A program made the position numbers and the translations under genes. A DNA stretch of 64,000 nucleotides from Vezdaea acicularis (taxonomy: Eukaryota): assembly GCA_026025075.1 (NCBI GenBank), contig JAPEUI010000063.1:1-64000 (forward strand), written 5' to 3'. A model generated the notes under the pieces. That model was not told the origin of the DNA. It did not search any database and saw only the letters and a program-made list of their open reading frames with translations. Positions 50,973-62,878 of the stretch are shown here, piece after piece (the stretch's first letter is position 1; every line of letters starts with the position of its first letter).

Positions 50973-52636
50973 ATGTCACAGCTTAACCTACGCCCAACAC
51001 GAGCTCTGCGCACCCCTGGATCCGCTGTTCCCTCTGACAATGCAGCAAAAAAGCCAACTATCATTTACGAAGAGGTCACTCAGGCAAAAAAGCAACTCCA
51101 AGTCATCGTTGGTCTGCCCGAGTAGCTGACCGTTCCACAGCTGACTCTTTGATACGCAGCAAACCACAGACCGAAGGCCCCCTCCTGGCTACGACTTCGT
51201 CCAAGCTGGCAGCCCACTTATAACAGAGAAATGCAAAGAATACTCCCGATTGGAGGGGTATCCATTTTACGAATTCTTTGTGAGCAGCCTAGGTCACATC
51301 TCGAACTCCTTTGCTGATTCTTCTAGGATGACGATGAAGATGATGAGAGCGGATTAGCAAATCGAGCAGGATACATGGTTGAGAAATCGATCTATCGCAG
51401 GGCGAAGCTGTATTTGGGCTTTGACAGGAGTAGCAGAAGACGGGTAAGGCCTGCCAGCACATCGCGGATCCGTCCGGGTCAGCAGGCATACCTCGACGCA
51501 AGAGCTCTAGATCACCTGAATGAGAAATACCCACGAATGCCCAAAAAGGACAAGCAAAAAGTCATTCTCCAGGGGTTCACTGTAGTAGGTGCGCCTTTGG
51601 CTGTTCAGCTTTCTTGTATACTGAGCTTTTCTAGGGAGATGACACAGTCGGAACTGCCTCGAATCTCCATTTTGCCAATAGGGTTGACATGGCAGTAAAC
51701 GCTTACGCAAGACACCAGAAGACAGACTATGACGCCTTGAGAAAGCGGATAGCAAACCCGATTAGCAAGCAAAAGAATGATCTGAGAATGCAGGCTCGAA
51801 TGAATATTGAAGACGAAATCATCAAACAACTAAAACTCTGGCGAGCTCCTGAAGATGAAGGTCAGCTAGAAAGTGTTGTTAGAGAAGTTCAGATCATTTC
51901 TGATGACGACGATGATGACGCTGGCGACGAAAATCCACGGCAGGATCCCACCCCGGCAAGACCTCAAGTTATGCTAACATCTAACCTCCCACGTTCGCGT
52001 GCATCTGATCCAGCCCCCAAGGGTCCGCCCACCGGCCTTCTGGCATCACACCCACCGAGCAAACCCATCCTTGTACCTCAGCGATCGCTTGATAGTGTTG
52101 ATGTAAGGTCCACGGCCCTTGAAGCAATGCCCCCGGCTAGGGGAGTCGAGCAGCCGGCGCGCGGGCTTCGTTATGAGCCTGACCGTGTGATGCTATCTAT
52201 CGAATCTCCACCACCGATGCCGCTTTATGGCCGAGTCGATCTCACGGCGCCACCTAGTCTAAGTCTTCGAACAACCAGTAGAGCTGTCATGTGTTCCCGT
52301 GAAGCAGAGCCCTCACCCAGGAAGAGAATGCGGACTGGCTACAATGGACTATCATCGCGCGAGGGAATTCAGACTTATGCTGATGTGAGCTCCTATAGCG
52401 AGCGGCTTCCTACGGACAACAGAGTGAGTGAGCAAAGACCTGTGATCTATCGGCGTCGAGCTTTAAGCCCCATGCTCCCAGCGTCTGACTTTCGTAACGG
52501 TTTCATTACGACTGATAGGGTTCCATGGGATCCCTATGGTTCTCATCAGAGATCTCCTTATTTTCATAGTTCTTCTGCGATTGCTAGACAGAATCCTTGG
52601 GGGGTTGACAATTCATATGGCGAGCAGAGCGGATAA
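50973..52636 (+). CDS. DUF2293 domain protein, multi-exon
   Basis: PPPGYDFVQAGSPLITEKCKE, LNEKYPRMPKKDK..I, AVNAYARHQKTDYDALR...ARMNIE..I...L..WR. Confidence 0.75.
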
Positions 52637-53563
52637 ATGCCGTCCGGGCTGACGCTCCGAGCTTCTGCAAAGCATGAAATGAATTTGCCTCAGCCGATGG
52701 ATGCAGACCGCTGGACGCAGACCTCATGAGCATTGATTACACAGACAGTCAAGTCTCTATTTGGAAGTTCATTTGCCATTATTTTGCACTCTTGGGCGTC
52801 AGGAACAAGCATCACAGGAGTTTTAGGCATGTGGAATGCCGACAACAAAATACTAGAGGAGTTTTCGGGAGTACCGGACTACTTGTAAAGCGTGGGGTTG
52901 GTTGTTATTGGACAAAGGCGTTGCGTGAGTTGGACGATCTCACGAACACTGTGCTCATACTGTACGAGTTGTAGGCTAGCAAGAATGGTTCATTGCCAAG
53001 TTTGTGTATTTGGAATGAGTTAAGATACCCTCGGATAACGTTTATTTGATTAGAATGCCCGCTATGAGGAATGTGAAGTATGTTGCGGGCGCTTGCACAT
53101 CGCCTCGTCATCGACCGTCTCAGAAAGCACTAACTGTAGGAAGGACGACGAATAGACGAATCGATGATTTCGTTCTTTCGCTTCTGGGGGCATCTTAGCG
53201 ACCGCTTAAGGAAGTCTTTCACGTGGGACGGTCAGACAGGCGCAGGGCGCTAGATTATCCCCCAAACAATAATGTACCCTTGCTGCTCGTGTGTGTGCCA
53301 CCGAAACGTGCCATGCAACCCCGCAATTCCAACGACCCTTTCTTTCCACGGCTGCTCAGGCTTTGATATTGGGATCAATTCCTCGCCCCGTCACTGAGGG
53401 GACTTCTATCCACCTTGAAGGAGTTTATTGGCGTTAGAGGGGGGCTTCATGGACTATCATTGGCTGCTGCCCATATCGCGATTGCGCTGAAGACGGGAGG
53501 TCTTCCAGCTGCGGTGCAAGCGTCTCCTCGACGACCCTGACCCAAGCCCGCACGCCCACAGTC

Positions 53564-54937
53564 ATGACAGAGCCTCCTCAGCATGATGAACGTTCGGCTC
53601 CACAGTTTCGATCACCAATGCAACCGCCCAATATGTCCGGAGATACGCCCAAAATATGGATCAAGCAACATCGTACAGAGATCGCCTCTTCCATAAGCAG
53701 TGCTCTCTCCATGACAATTACTGTAAGTCTTACGATTTACAATAGTCGCGATACCTGCCGCTAACTTTGCCCACAGTATCCGATGGATACCCTGAAAAGC
53801 CGCGTCCAGGCGTATGCGCTCACTCTCCCCGCTCTAGTACCTTTCTGCGGACTAGTCTAATCGTCTCGTTTTAGGTACAAATCTCAAAAGGTGATGCCCG
53901 TAGTAAGAGAAACATTCGCAACCGAGGGTATCAGGGGCTTCTGGCGAGGTAAGGGCCGGCAGTTGGTATTCGTGTGATCTTTAATAATCCTTGCAGCTTC
54001 GCTCGCTCCATTGGCTAGCTACACTCTCGTCCGTGTCCTCAATTTTACTACATATCAGAAGGCCAAGTACCAGTGCTCGGCATGGCTTGAACCAGTGGCA
54101 GGAGTAGCGCCTCTGGTCTTTGTGAACACCCCCGGGACGCTGCCAAATCTGTCAACGGTCACTTGTTTTGGAGCGGCCGGCGCTTTTTCCGGGGCATGTG
54201 CTTCTTTCGCCTCCTGTGGGTTATAGAATGGCTTTCATAAAATCGAAGCCCTCTTACTAACAAAGGGCAGGTCCTTTTGAACTGATCAAGCAAACCTCCC
54301 AGATATCTGTCCTAATGGCTCAGAAGGAATCCAATTCTGTTCTCACTAAGGTAGACGACGCAATTCGTCGAAGTTATCAAGGCAAAAATATTTTTCAGAC
54401 AGCCAAGGCCATAGTAAGGAATCAAGGTCTCCTAGGGATGTATGCCGGTTTCCGTTTCCATTTTGGTGCGTATGCCTTTGTGAACTGTTCTTTGAAGCCC
54501 CCGTTTAGTTGACCGCGTGGCAGCACGGGATGTTCTTGGAACCTCGATCTATTTTATGAGCTACGAAAGCGCCAAACAGACAATCGCGACCATTAGGGGC
54601 GAATCGGCCACTTCTCCTATTCCAGTACTGATAGCCGGAGGTCTCTCCGGAATACTCGGCATGATAATCGTACGTTCTTGCCTAATTGGACTGCCCTTCT
54701 CACTGACACCGTCAACAATAGATATACCCTTTTGACACGGCGAGAATAATATTTCAACGTAACAGGCTAAGTAGCCTCCGAGGCGAGCCTGTTATAATGC
54801 CAAACCTGGACTACTTCAAAAGGCGAAGTTACAACGGCCTCGGAGTCTCCATCGCGCGTACCATCTTCATCAACGCCATATTCTTCTCGACCTTTGAGAG
54901 AATTAAGAAGGAGATCAACGGGCTCGAAGATGAATAA
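53564..54937 (+). CDS. Mitochondrial carrier family protein, multi-exon
   Basis: YPMDTLKSRVQ, EGIRGFWR, PFELIKQ, QGLLGMYAGF, RDVLGTSIYFMSYE, YPFDTAR, YNGLGVSIAR. Confidence 0.85.
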
Positions 54938-55875
54938 CCGCACCAAAGCTTCTCAGGACGGTTTGAATATCCTTTTCCTTCTTGTATGTAATTTATGCTC
55001 TCCTTGCAACGGTTTGGGCACGAGTTTTTTTGGCAGCATGATCGTAGATTGTCCGGCGGAGTCAGGATAGGATATAGCTTGAGTCCGATCAACCTCTCTC
55101 TCTCTTGCTAGAGTTGCTATCCTCGATTCTCCTCTTCGTGCGAAGGCGGACCTTTCTGCGTCGATCCAGGGCGGATCACTCTAGGCTGCATGTATACATA
55201 GACTAAAGCAACAATGCTTCATATTTATACGTTTCGTGATGTCGGCGTTCCTGTCTGTCTTGCTTGATATATTCATCTCTACCCTTCCCTCCAACTTTCA
55301 ACAGCCTACATACTCGACGGAACCCCCTTAGTGACGCTCGAGTCAATCAGAATTCTAGCATAAAAAGTGTAAGGGTCCACATAAATGGGGTTTGACAATC
55401 AGATACAAGGCTCAGATTTGATTACAAGGCTCGCGCTCTACATTTCCTACGTGTTCAACCAAAATTCTGCCTTCACAAGCAGCGTGTCGCCGATCAACCT
55501 ATAAGCAGACCCTCTCACAGGTGATCTTCGGAAAAGATCAGCCTTAAGGCATTATCTTCCACAAGATAAGGTTGCCACGTGGTAAAGCCACCACAATAGG
55601 TGCATGTCTAGGGCGGTAGAACCACTCTAATGGGGATACCCAGGGCCAATCGTTTCGAAAGACTCGGAAAAAGTCGTGAAGGATTCTCCGAGACAACCCT
55701 GGGCATAAGGCTGGGAACCCTGAGACATAAGGCTGAGGTGTTAGTTGTGGCTTCATGTCACGATTCGAGCTGGTTACTTGGTGGTGGGGAATGCAAAAAC
55801 TTGCTGATGTGACTGTTCATCTAAGTTGCGGTTTTTCGGCTTGGTCATTATCTCATGTATTCTTGGTTTTACAAG

Positions 55876-55961
55876 TACAATGAGGGGGGGCAAAAGTCTG
55901 AATACACCTTGGCCTCCCTTCACGCGCCGAAGTGTATTCAGATTTCTACCCCCTCACTGTA
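55876..55961 (+). mobile_element. ~82-bp MITE, mimp/impala-like, with TA target duplication (copy 1)
   Basis: TA|CAATGAGGGGGGGCAAAAGTCTGAATACAC...GTGTATTCAGATTTCTACCCCCTCACTG|TA. Confidence 0.85.
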
Positions 55962-56105
55962 ACAAAAGCCACTGACCTCCTGAGCCAGGATCTCAATTCA
56001 GGTGTCTCCTTTGTGTTTGTTCTTAGGATCCAAGAACAAAGCCTATAGTTCCGAGAGAACTAGTCACCCGAAGATCTTCTAGAAGCCTACACTCCATCTA
56101 GAAGC

Positions 56106-56251
56106 ATGTCACGCACTAAAAGAGGTGCCAAATGGCCTCCAGTGCCATTTCTAGCAACAAAAGCAGCCATAAATTTAAAAAATGGGTACGTTGTCAACGT
56201 TAAATACATCTCATAGATCTTCTAACGTTCCTCACTAGCCTCCGCTGCTAA
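56106..56251 (+). CDS. Putative spliced microprotein (30 aa) resembling the histone H3 N-terminal tail
   Basis: MSRTKRGAKWPPVPFLATKAAINLKNG|LRC*; intron 56186-56238 has GTACGT donor, CTAAC branch site and TAG acceptor. Confidence 0.45.
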
Positions 56252-56362
56252 GGATGTTATTTTTTGAAATGCGTTACACATATAGTTTAGTAGATTTCTA
56301 TCATTACATGTGAACGAAAAGTATTCGAGGGTTGTCTTCTTTCTTTGCCTTCTCATCGCTCA

Positions 56363-56447
56363 TATAGTGGGGGGGTCAGAAGTCTGAATACACTTCGACG
56401 CGTGAAGGGAGGCTGAGGTGCATTCAGACTTTTGCCCCCCCACTGTA
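56363..56447 (-). mobile_element. ~81-bp MITE, inverted copy 2
   Basis: TA|TAGTGGGGGGGTCAGAAGTCTGAATACAC...GTGCATTCAGACTTTTGCCCCCCCACTG|TA; central 57 bp differ from copy 1 at 5 positions, all transitions. Confidence 0.85.
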
Positions 56448-57111
56448 TTTTGCCATTGTAAAAGAGTCCTTGGGTAGTTGAAAGGCTTTGCTCCTCGACA
56501 GATGGGATCCACGGCCATTACTTATGCTGTTTTGGTTCTTGTCTCTATCAAGTCATTGATCTTTCCTCAATGCCTCTCCGCTTCTCCGCCTCATTTCGTA
56601 TCAAGGAACCAAGTGTGACCCTCACAGGCCGCATAACTTAAGGGTTCGGATCCGGGCTATTGTCAAGGCAGAGGTATGGGGCTTCTGCGTTGATCGAATG
56701 TAAGGAACGAGGAGTACTTCCGCTGCATATAAGATTTGAAATTGAGTGTATCTTCGTGGCGCGGGATAGATGAAGTTTGGATGTAGGAGGTGATGATAGA
56801 GCCGAGGAAACACCTTCAGAGTAGTTAGGCATCAATTGCATATACTCTTCCCATTTGACCGGACTTGTCGAAGTGGTCGAGTCCGAATCTTGACGAACTA
56901 GACTTAAGTATGTCCCTTGTATGTCGGATCGTACCGGAGATGGAGGATATATATATACATACATATGTTACCTTTCAGGTCGCTAGCCAAGTATGCATCA
57001 TTCAAATATAAGCACGAACGTACGATACTATACACTATAAGTGGCTTCACCAAGGTATACGACATTGGATGGATCTTATTTACAAGCTTCCTGTGTGGCG
57101 TGTGTTCACCC

Positions 57112-59466
57112 TCACCCCCACGAACTCCGTCCCTTCAATCGCCGATATCTCTCGGGATCCCGCACGCTCCTCTCTACCTTCCGCAACGCCTCCTCAAAGT
57201 CCACCTGCAGAAGCACGTCCCCGCCACGCCTCAAGGCCGCGATCCCCGCCGCGCGGACTAGACTCTCCAAATCCGCCCCCGAGAACCCGTCTGCCATCCT
57301 CGCGATCCCGTCAAGATCAGCCTCAGCGGGGACCTTAACCAGTGTCTTCAGGATCTCCACCCGCTCGCTCGGCTCTGGGAGATCCACAAATAGTAGGTGC
57401 CCAAGCCGGCCAGGACGAAGCATGGCGGGATCAATGATATCCGGCCGGTTCGTTGCCGCAACAACGTATATCCCCTTGCGCTCGCTCCCCAGCCCATCCA
57501 GCTCTGTGAGCAGCGTATTCACGACCCTTGCGCTCGCCTCAGACCCACTGCCGCCGTCGTCACGTCTTGGTACCAGCGCGTCTAGCTCATCGAAGAAGAC
57601 CACACACGGCACGGAGCTACGCGCGCGTACGAACACCTGGCGTATGGCGCGCTCGCTCTCGCCCACGTATTTATTCAGCAGCTCCGGCCCCTTGACACTT
57701 ATAAAGTTTGCGCGTGACTCATTTGCTACCGCTTTCGCGAGCAGAGTCTTCCCACAGCCAGGCGGGCCCCATAGCAAAATGCCGGTTGGAGAGGTAATTC
57801 CAACGGCGGCGTAGCGCTCCGGGTGAGCGATAGGGCCTACGATGGCCATTTGCAGCTCAGAGCGGATAGAAGCAAGGGCGCCGATATCAGACCAGGTTGT
57901 ACTAGGAATAGTGGCGAAGCCTTCACGTTTGGATGAGGGCTGGATTTTGGGGAGCGCAGTGAGGAAGTCGAGGGATGTTAGGGTCAGGGTTGTTAGGGAC
58001 TCCGAGGGAAGAGGGGTGGCGGAGTGGTGGATCATGGCGCGGAGTGTGGCAAGGTCAGGAGAGATCGGGTAGGTTGTTGTTGTAGAGTTGGGATCGTCGA
58101 CTGTCATGATTGGCGCGCTGCTGTCTTCTTGAACTTGTTTGCGAAGGATTTCGAAGATGCGTTTGGTGGCTGCGACGCCAGCGGTCGAGACGAGGTCGCT
58201 CAAGTCTGCGCCGACGAAGCCGGGTGTTGCTCTGGAAAGGATATGGAAATCGATGTCATTGGAGAGACGGAGTTTTTGGGTTAGAGCTCGTAAAATTTTC
58301 TCTCTGGCCGCTTCATCAGGAACGCTAAGGTTTATCTCCTTATTGAACCTTCCAGCCCGACGCAGGGCAGGGTCAAGGCTGTCGGGTCGGTTCGTGGCTG
58401 CGATGATGATTACGGGTTTGCCGTTGGTCTTTTCCATGGAGAGGTCGTCCATGCAAGTGAGCATTTGAGCCACAATCCGTTTTTCCATCTCACGCTGAGC
58501 GCTTTCACGTTTGGGTGTTATCGCGTCGATCTCGTCGATGAACATTAGGCATGGTGCCATCTTCGTAGCTTCATCGAACAGCTCTCTGAGTTTTTTCTCC
58601 GATTCTCCTGACATGCCAGAAACGATTGAGGGCGCCGAGATAGGGATGAATGAGACCCCTAGTTCGGCTGCGAAAGCATTGGCTATCATCGTCTTGCCGC
58701 ACCCTGGCGGTCCATGAAGAAGCACTCCACGTGGAGGTTGAATACCTGAGGATGTATAGACTTCTGGGTATAGCATTGGAAGCGCAATAAGTTCCGTTAA
58801 ATCGTGGATCACCGAATCTACCCCTCCAAGATCTGCTAATGTGATATTGGACGGTGGAGTCCTCTCATCCTTCGTTTCTCCTTTCCTTCTTTTACTGAGA
58901 GGCTCCCCAGTCGTTTGCCTATCTCTCTTCTTACTCAAGGCACTACTTGATCCATTGGTTGTGATACTCTGTAGCGGGAGGCCAGATGGTCTGTCTAATT
59001 CAGAACCCTGCGGTAGAGGCGTCCCTCTCTTGGGAGTAGCTGCACCCGATGATTTCTTCGTACACCACATACCAATTATGCTCTTGTTCATCACGTTCAG
59101 TTCATGCGCCGGCGTATCTTCTTCCAACCCATCGTAGTCTCCATCCATAGAGGCTGCCGAATCGTCTGCATTTTCCTCCTTGATTACTGAAATCACTCGG
59201 TCGATGCTGTCTTCTAGAAGTCTTTTGCTTTTTCTATTCAAGCTAGAATTTGATTTTTTAATTTTTTCATATACACAAGATACCGTGAGTCGTGAGGGGC
59301 TGTAATCGCCGAGTTGAAGTTGCTCCTCGAAAAGTTTACGTACAACTTGATAGACCTGCGCTGCCCGTAAGTAGATTGAAGTTAAACCATGTTTTCAGAT
59401 ATTACGGACTTCTTTATCTAAGCCTTGTGACAATGTTGGCCTTTGGTTCCCTCGGCGCAAAGGCAT
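57112..59466 (-). CDS. RIX7: Ribosome biogenesis AAA-ATPase Rix7 (NVL)
   Basis: Exon 1 MPLRRGNQRPTLSQGLDKE|VYQVVRK; two AAA modules (GPPGCGKT twice, FIDEIDA / FFDELDA, QREMEKRIVAQ, QPSSKREGF). Confidence 0.95.
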
Positions 59467-59629
59467 TCTCATGAACTTCAAATTTGGATTTGTGGAAGTC
59501 TTGGCAACTCACGTCACGGACTTCCAAATATTTCTAGCAGACAGATTGCGGAAATTGCCGACGCGTTCTACACACAACCATGACGATAGGACCTGCACAT
59601 CAAGCTGCTCGATCAACACTGCCGCGAAG

Positions 59630-60399
59630 ATGGGGAATGCGCAGAGCTCTCACAAAGTCTCTGCGCAAGACAAGTGGGTTGAGAGTTGAGCCATTCTTCC
59701 TAGCGTGTATTGCTAAAGGCAACCTAGAGCAATCCTTGATATGAAGAACCAACGCGATAAACTACACAAGTACCAGAAGAAGATAAGCGTTCTGACAGAT
59801 CGCGAAACCGCGATAGCTCGAGAGATGCTATCAAAGGGCGATAAGAAACGGGCATTGCTCGCTCTGCGACGAAAACAGTACCAGGTATCGCTGCTTGCGA
59901 AAACCGACGCACAGCTGGAACAGCTCGAGAAGCTTACCAGTAGTGTGGAATTTGCGCTCGTGCAGAAGGATGTTCTGTTTGGATTACAGCAAGGCACCAA
60001 TGTGCTCAATGAAATTCATAGAGAAATGGGTGGAATTGACCAGGTTGAGAAAATAATGGGCGAAAATGAGGAGGCTCGCGCGTATCAGAATGTGTGTGAT
60101 TCATAGCGCGGTATTTTCGAGGTCTCACTGACGTTTGATAGGAACTTAGCGAGATGTTAGGTACGAGAATGTCGAATCAGGATGAAGACGAAGTAGAAGA
60201 AGAGTTGGAAGCTCTGGAGCTGGAGGTCGGTAACATTAATCTCACATGAGACTTTTGCTAACAGACGTAGGTTGCTGGTATCAGGCTACCAGACGCTCCA
60301 ACAGCTGCACTGCCCACAAATCTTGAAGATGAGGATGTCGTCATGAAGAGAAGATCAAGGGCAAGAGCGAAAGCGAGGGCCGAACCTTTACATGCATGA
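59630..60399 (+). CDS. VPS20: ESCRT-III subunit Vps20/CHMP6
   Basis: Myristoylation-type MGNAQSSHK, AILDMKNQRDKL, RALLALRRKQYQ, VLFGLQQG, EDEVEEELEALE, LPDAPT. Confidence 0.93.
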
Positions 60400-60621
60400 T
60401 ATATTACATGGCGTTCGGCTGGCAGTCTTTGGGGATTTACACTATTGAAGACAGGCCACAATCTCTATAAGACAAATAAGAAGTTGTCCTATGCCTCCAA
60501 CACTCAGAACATCGATAATCAATCTTGCGCAAGCGCCGTACAATGTTTTCTGTCTCCTGCATGCCCGACCTCTGAATATCTCACCACGCTCTCGAAACAT
60601 TAGAAAGGGTAGCCTCTCTAA

Positions 60622-61833
60622 TTAACTGGTGGCGGCCGTGTTCGAATACACAGGCATATTCGTGCCGTATTGCATTATTCCCGCGGTAGTCGAGGGCGAA
60701 CCAGCTGCTGTGCCGTTGGGATCGAGCGATCCGAGCTTCAAGTTGGGTGCCTCGTGGACAATACCGTCGGGAGCGTTGCAACACGCAAGAGAAACATAAG
60801 AAGTGTTACACGGGCAGGGAACATCTAGTTGATATGTGCAGTACCCAGTGAAGTAAGGGGTGGTATCATCTAGTATGGTCAGCTTTGTTCACAGGAATTG
60901 GACCAGGATCTAAATTACCTCCCCAGATGGCTCCGCATACGCAAGAGAAGGTAGCGGGCGCCGAACTATTGTCATATAAGATGGTACTGTTGTCATATAA
61001 ACTCGCCGTGCCATTCTCTTGTCGCTTGGTGATGGCTGTTCCATTGATTTCAATGGAGCCATTGGGTAACAGTCCCTTCCCAGAACACTCATTTGTATTT
61101 AGGCCGGTGCAATAACCACCACAAACGTCACCAGCATTGTTGGCCCCAAGAGTTAGATTGGCATTATTCACAGCTTCCGCAAGGTTGCTTGCAAGGGCGT
61201 TGTCGAATGTCGTTGTGTTAGTGCTGTTGACCAGAGCATCTATTGTGGTTCCCGTGGCATTCAGGGTTTGATTGAATGTCAGATCCGCCAGCTGGTCCAA
61301 CTGGTCATCGTCTGGCAGATAGTCAAGCGGGTCTGATGCGTATGTATCCGTGATCGCATCCGCATATCCGTCTTGGTAACCAGCCTCATACCATGAGCTT
61401 GGATCAGTGAAGTTGGTGAAATTGGCCAGCATTCCACCAAAGCTGTAATCCGAGCTATTACCCGTGGGATCTGTACTATTGACTGTCGTTGTCAGATCCG
61501 TGCTGTTCAGACCACTCGTTGAATTGTCATATGAAGTTGAGTTCAGATCGGTGCTATTGTACAGATCTGACAGAGCCTGATCGTAACCATCATTGTATCC
61601 GTTGTTGTACTTGAGTATGTCAGCACTGGAAGCGGAGGGTCCACCAGATGACTTACGCCTGTTGCATTGAAGTTAGAAGCGTTCAGATAGATACCATACT
61701 GATCCAATGAAAAATCGGTTATATTTTCGCTTGATGTAGAGTTGTCGAGGCTAGTAGCATTAGGAGCTTGTGCAAAAGCAAGAGGCGCGGCGACGAGCAG
61801 CAGTGCAGCAGCGTGCTTGGCGGAGAAAGGCAT
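60622..61833 (-). CDS. Secreted Asn-rich glycoprotein with Cys-rich C-terminal domain (3 exons), function unknown
   Basis: Signal peptide MPFSAKHAAALLLVAAPLAFAQ; introns 61610-61656 and ~60870-60918; many N-x-S/T sites; last exon YCTYQLDVPCPCNTSYVSLACCNAPDGIVHEAPNLKLGSL. Confidence 0.8.
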
Positions 61834-62878
61834 TTTGGCGGTGGTTCCGGATAGTGGTATGGCGACGAAAGACAAGAAGTGCGTCGAATGGATATATAGA
61901 ATACATGCTGCGGTAATTTTTGCTTCGAGACCCTAATCCTGCCGGATCTCACGATCTACGCGGCCTATGAAGAGCTTAATGTCGCATCTGAGGGGTTTTC
62001 TGGTGGGTTAAGTTTGGGTTCGCATCAAGTTTCGCGCATAGTAAATGAAACACCGCGCGGATCGTTGGCGGCGAAGACACTAAGTGGCCTGTGCAACACC
62101 AAGATGATTTCTCACAGAACGTGCCAAACTTTTGCTTCGGAACTACTCAGACGCATGCGAAGAGTGGTCTGAAAAGGGCCGAGTCCAGTGTCAACGTCTG
62201 GAGGTGTAATCCCTTGGAAATCTTCAATTCTTCATGGAAATATTAGAGATCGCTGTTAGAGTTCTGCTGACCGAGCTGTACACTGCCATGGTAGGGACAG
62301 CAGCAATAATTTTAGGGAAGCCAGTGATTAGTCTTCGTCTAAGGTGAACTCATGGCTCCCACCCGAGAGGCATGAGGGGCTCACGGGCTACAAAGCCGAC
62401 CTTAGCGTTCCAGCATGGTGATATGCACTGGCTGGCCTGGACGGAATAAGAGATCTAAATGGTCAAGAGAATGCAGCAACCAAGGCTTGGCTTTGAATAC
62501 AGGGCCTGACGATTTTCCCAAGGCATACTTGCTGGACGAACTTGATCACACGACAATCGACAATCGTGGCAAGTAATCAAGACTTCTAACGCCCTCTTCC
62601 TCGGTGGTCTGTGCTGTGATAGGCCCACCGCTCGGACCTGGATGATGATTATGAATGACATAAGGATCCTTCTTCACCTTGGTGAAAGAGAATGAGGTGT
62701 AGCTGGATAAATCACGCTGCTAAGAGGCAGCAGAAAGACAAATTGCCAGTCGAACCAACGGGCGACAGACAGTGGAGTAACAGAAACCTATGAGGCAGCT
62801 ATGACTGTGCCTCGAAAGCGCGGATCTGCAAAGTTTCGCATTGTGGTCACTGGCTTGCGAGTTCAACATGGATATCCC

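Noticed and set aside
56151..56177. K27M/K27I oncohistone-like PRC2 inhibitor reading of LATKAAINL
   Set aside because: Ile aligns with R26, not K27, and the SAP context is missing
56638..56964. 108-aa Ser-rich ORF downstream of RIX7
   Set aside because: No recognisable homology; starts in a TA microsatellite; cannot be supported
57977..57998. TTAGGG-like repeats
   Set aside because: Only scattered hexamers within RIX7 codons (LTTLTLT); not telomeric
40819..60399. palA and VPS20 as a pH-signalling/ESCRT gene cluster
   Set aside because: Separated by about 16 kb of unrelated genes; probably coincidental
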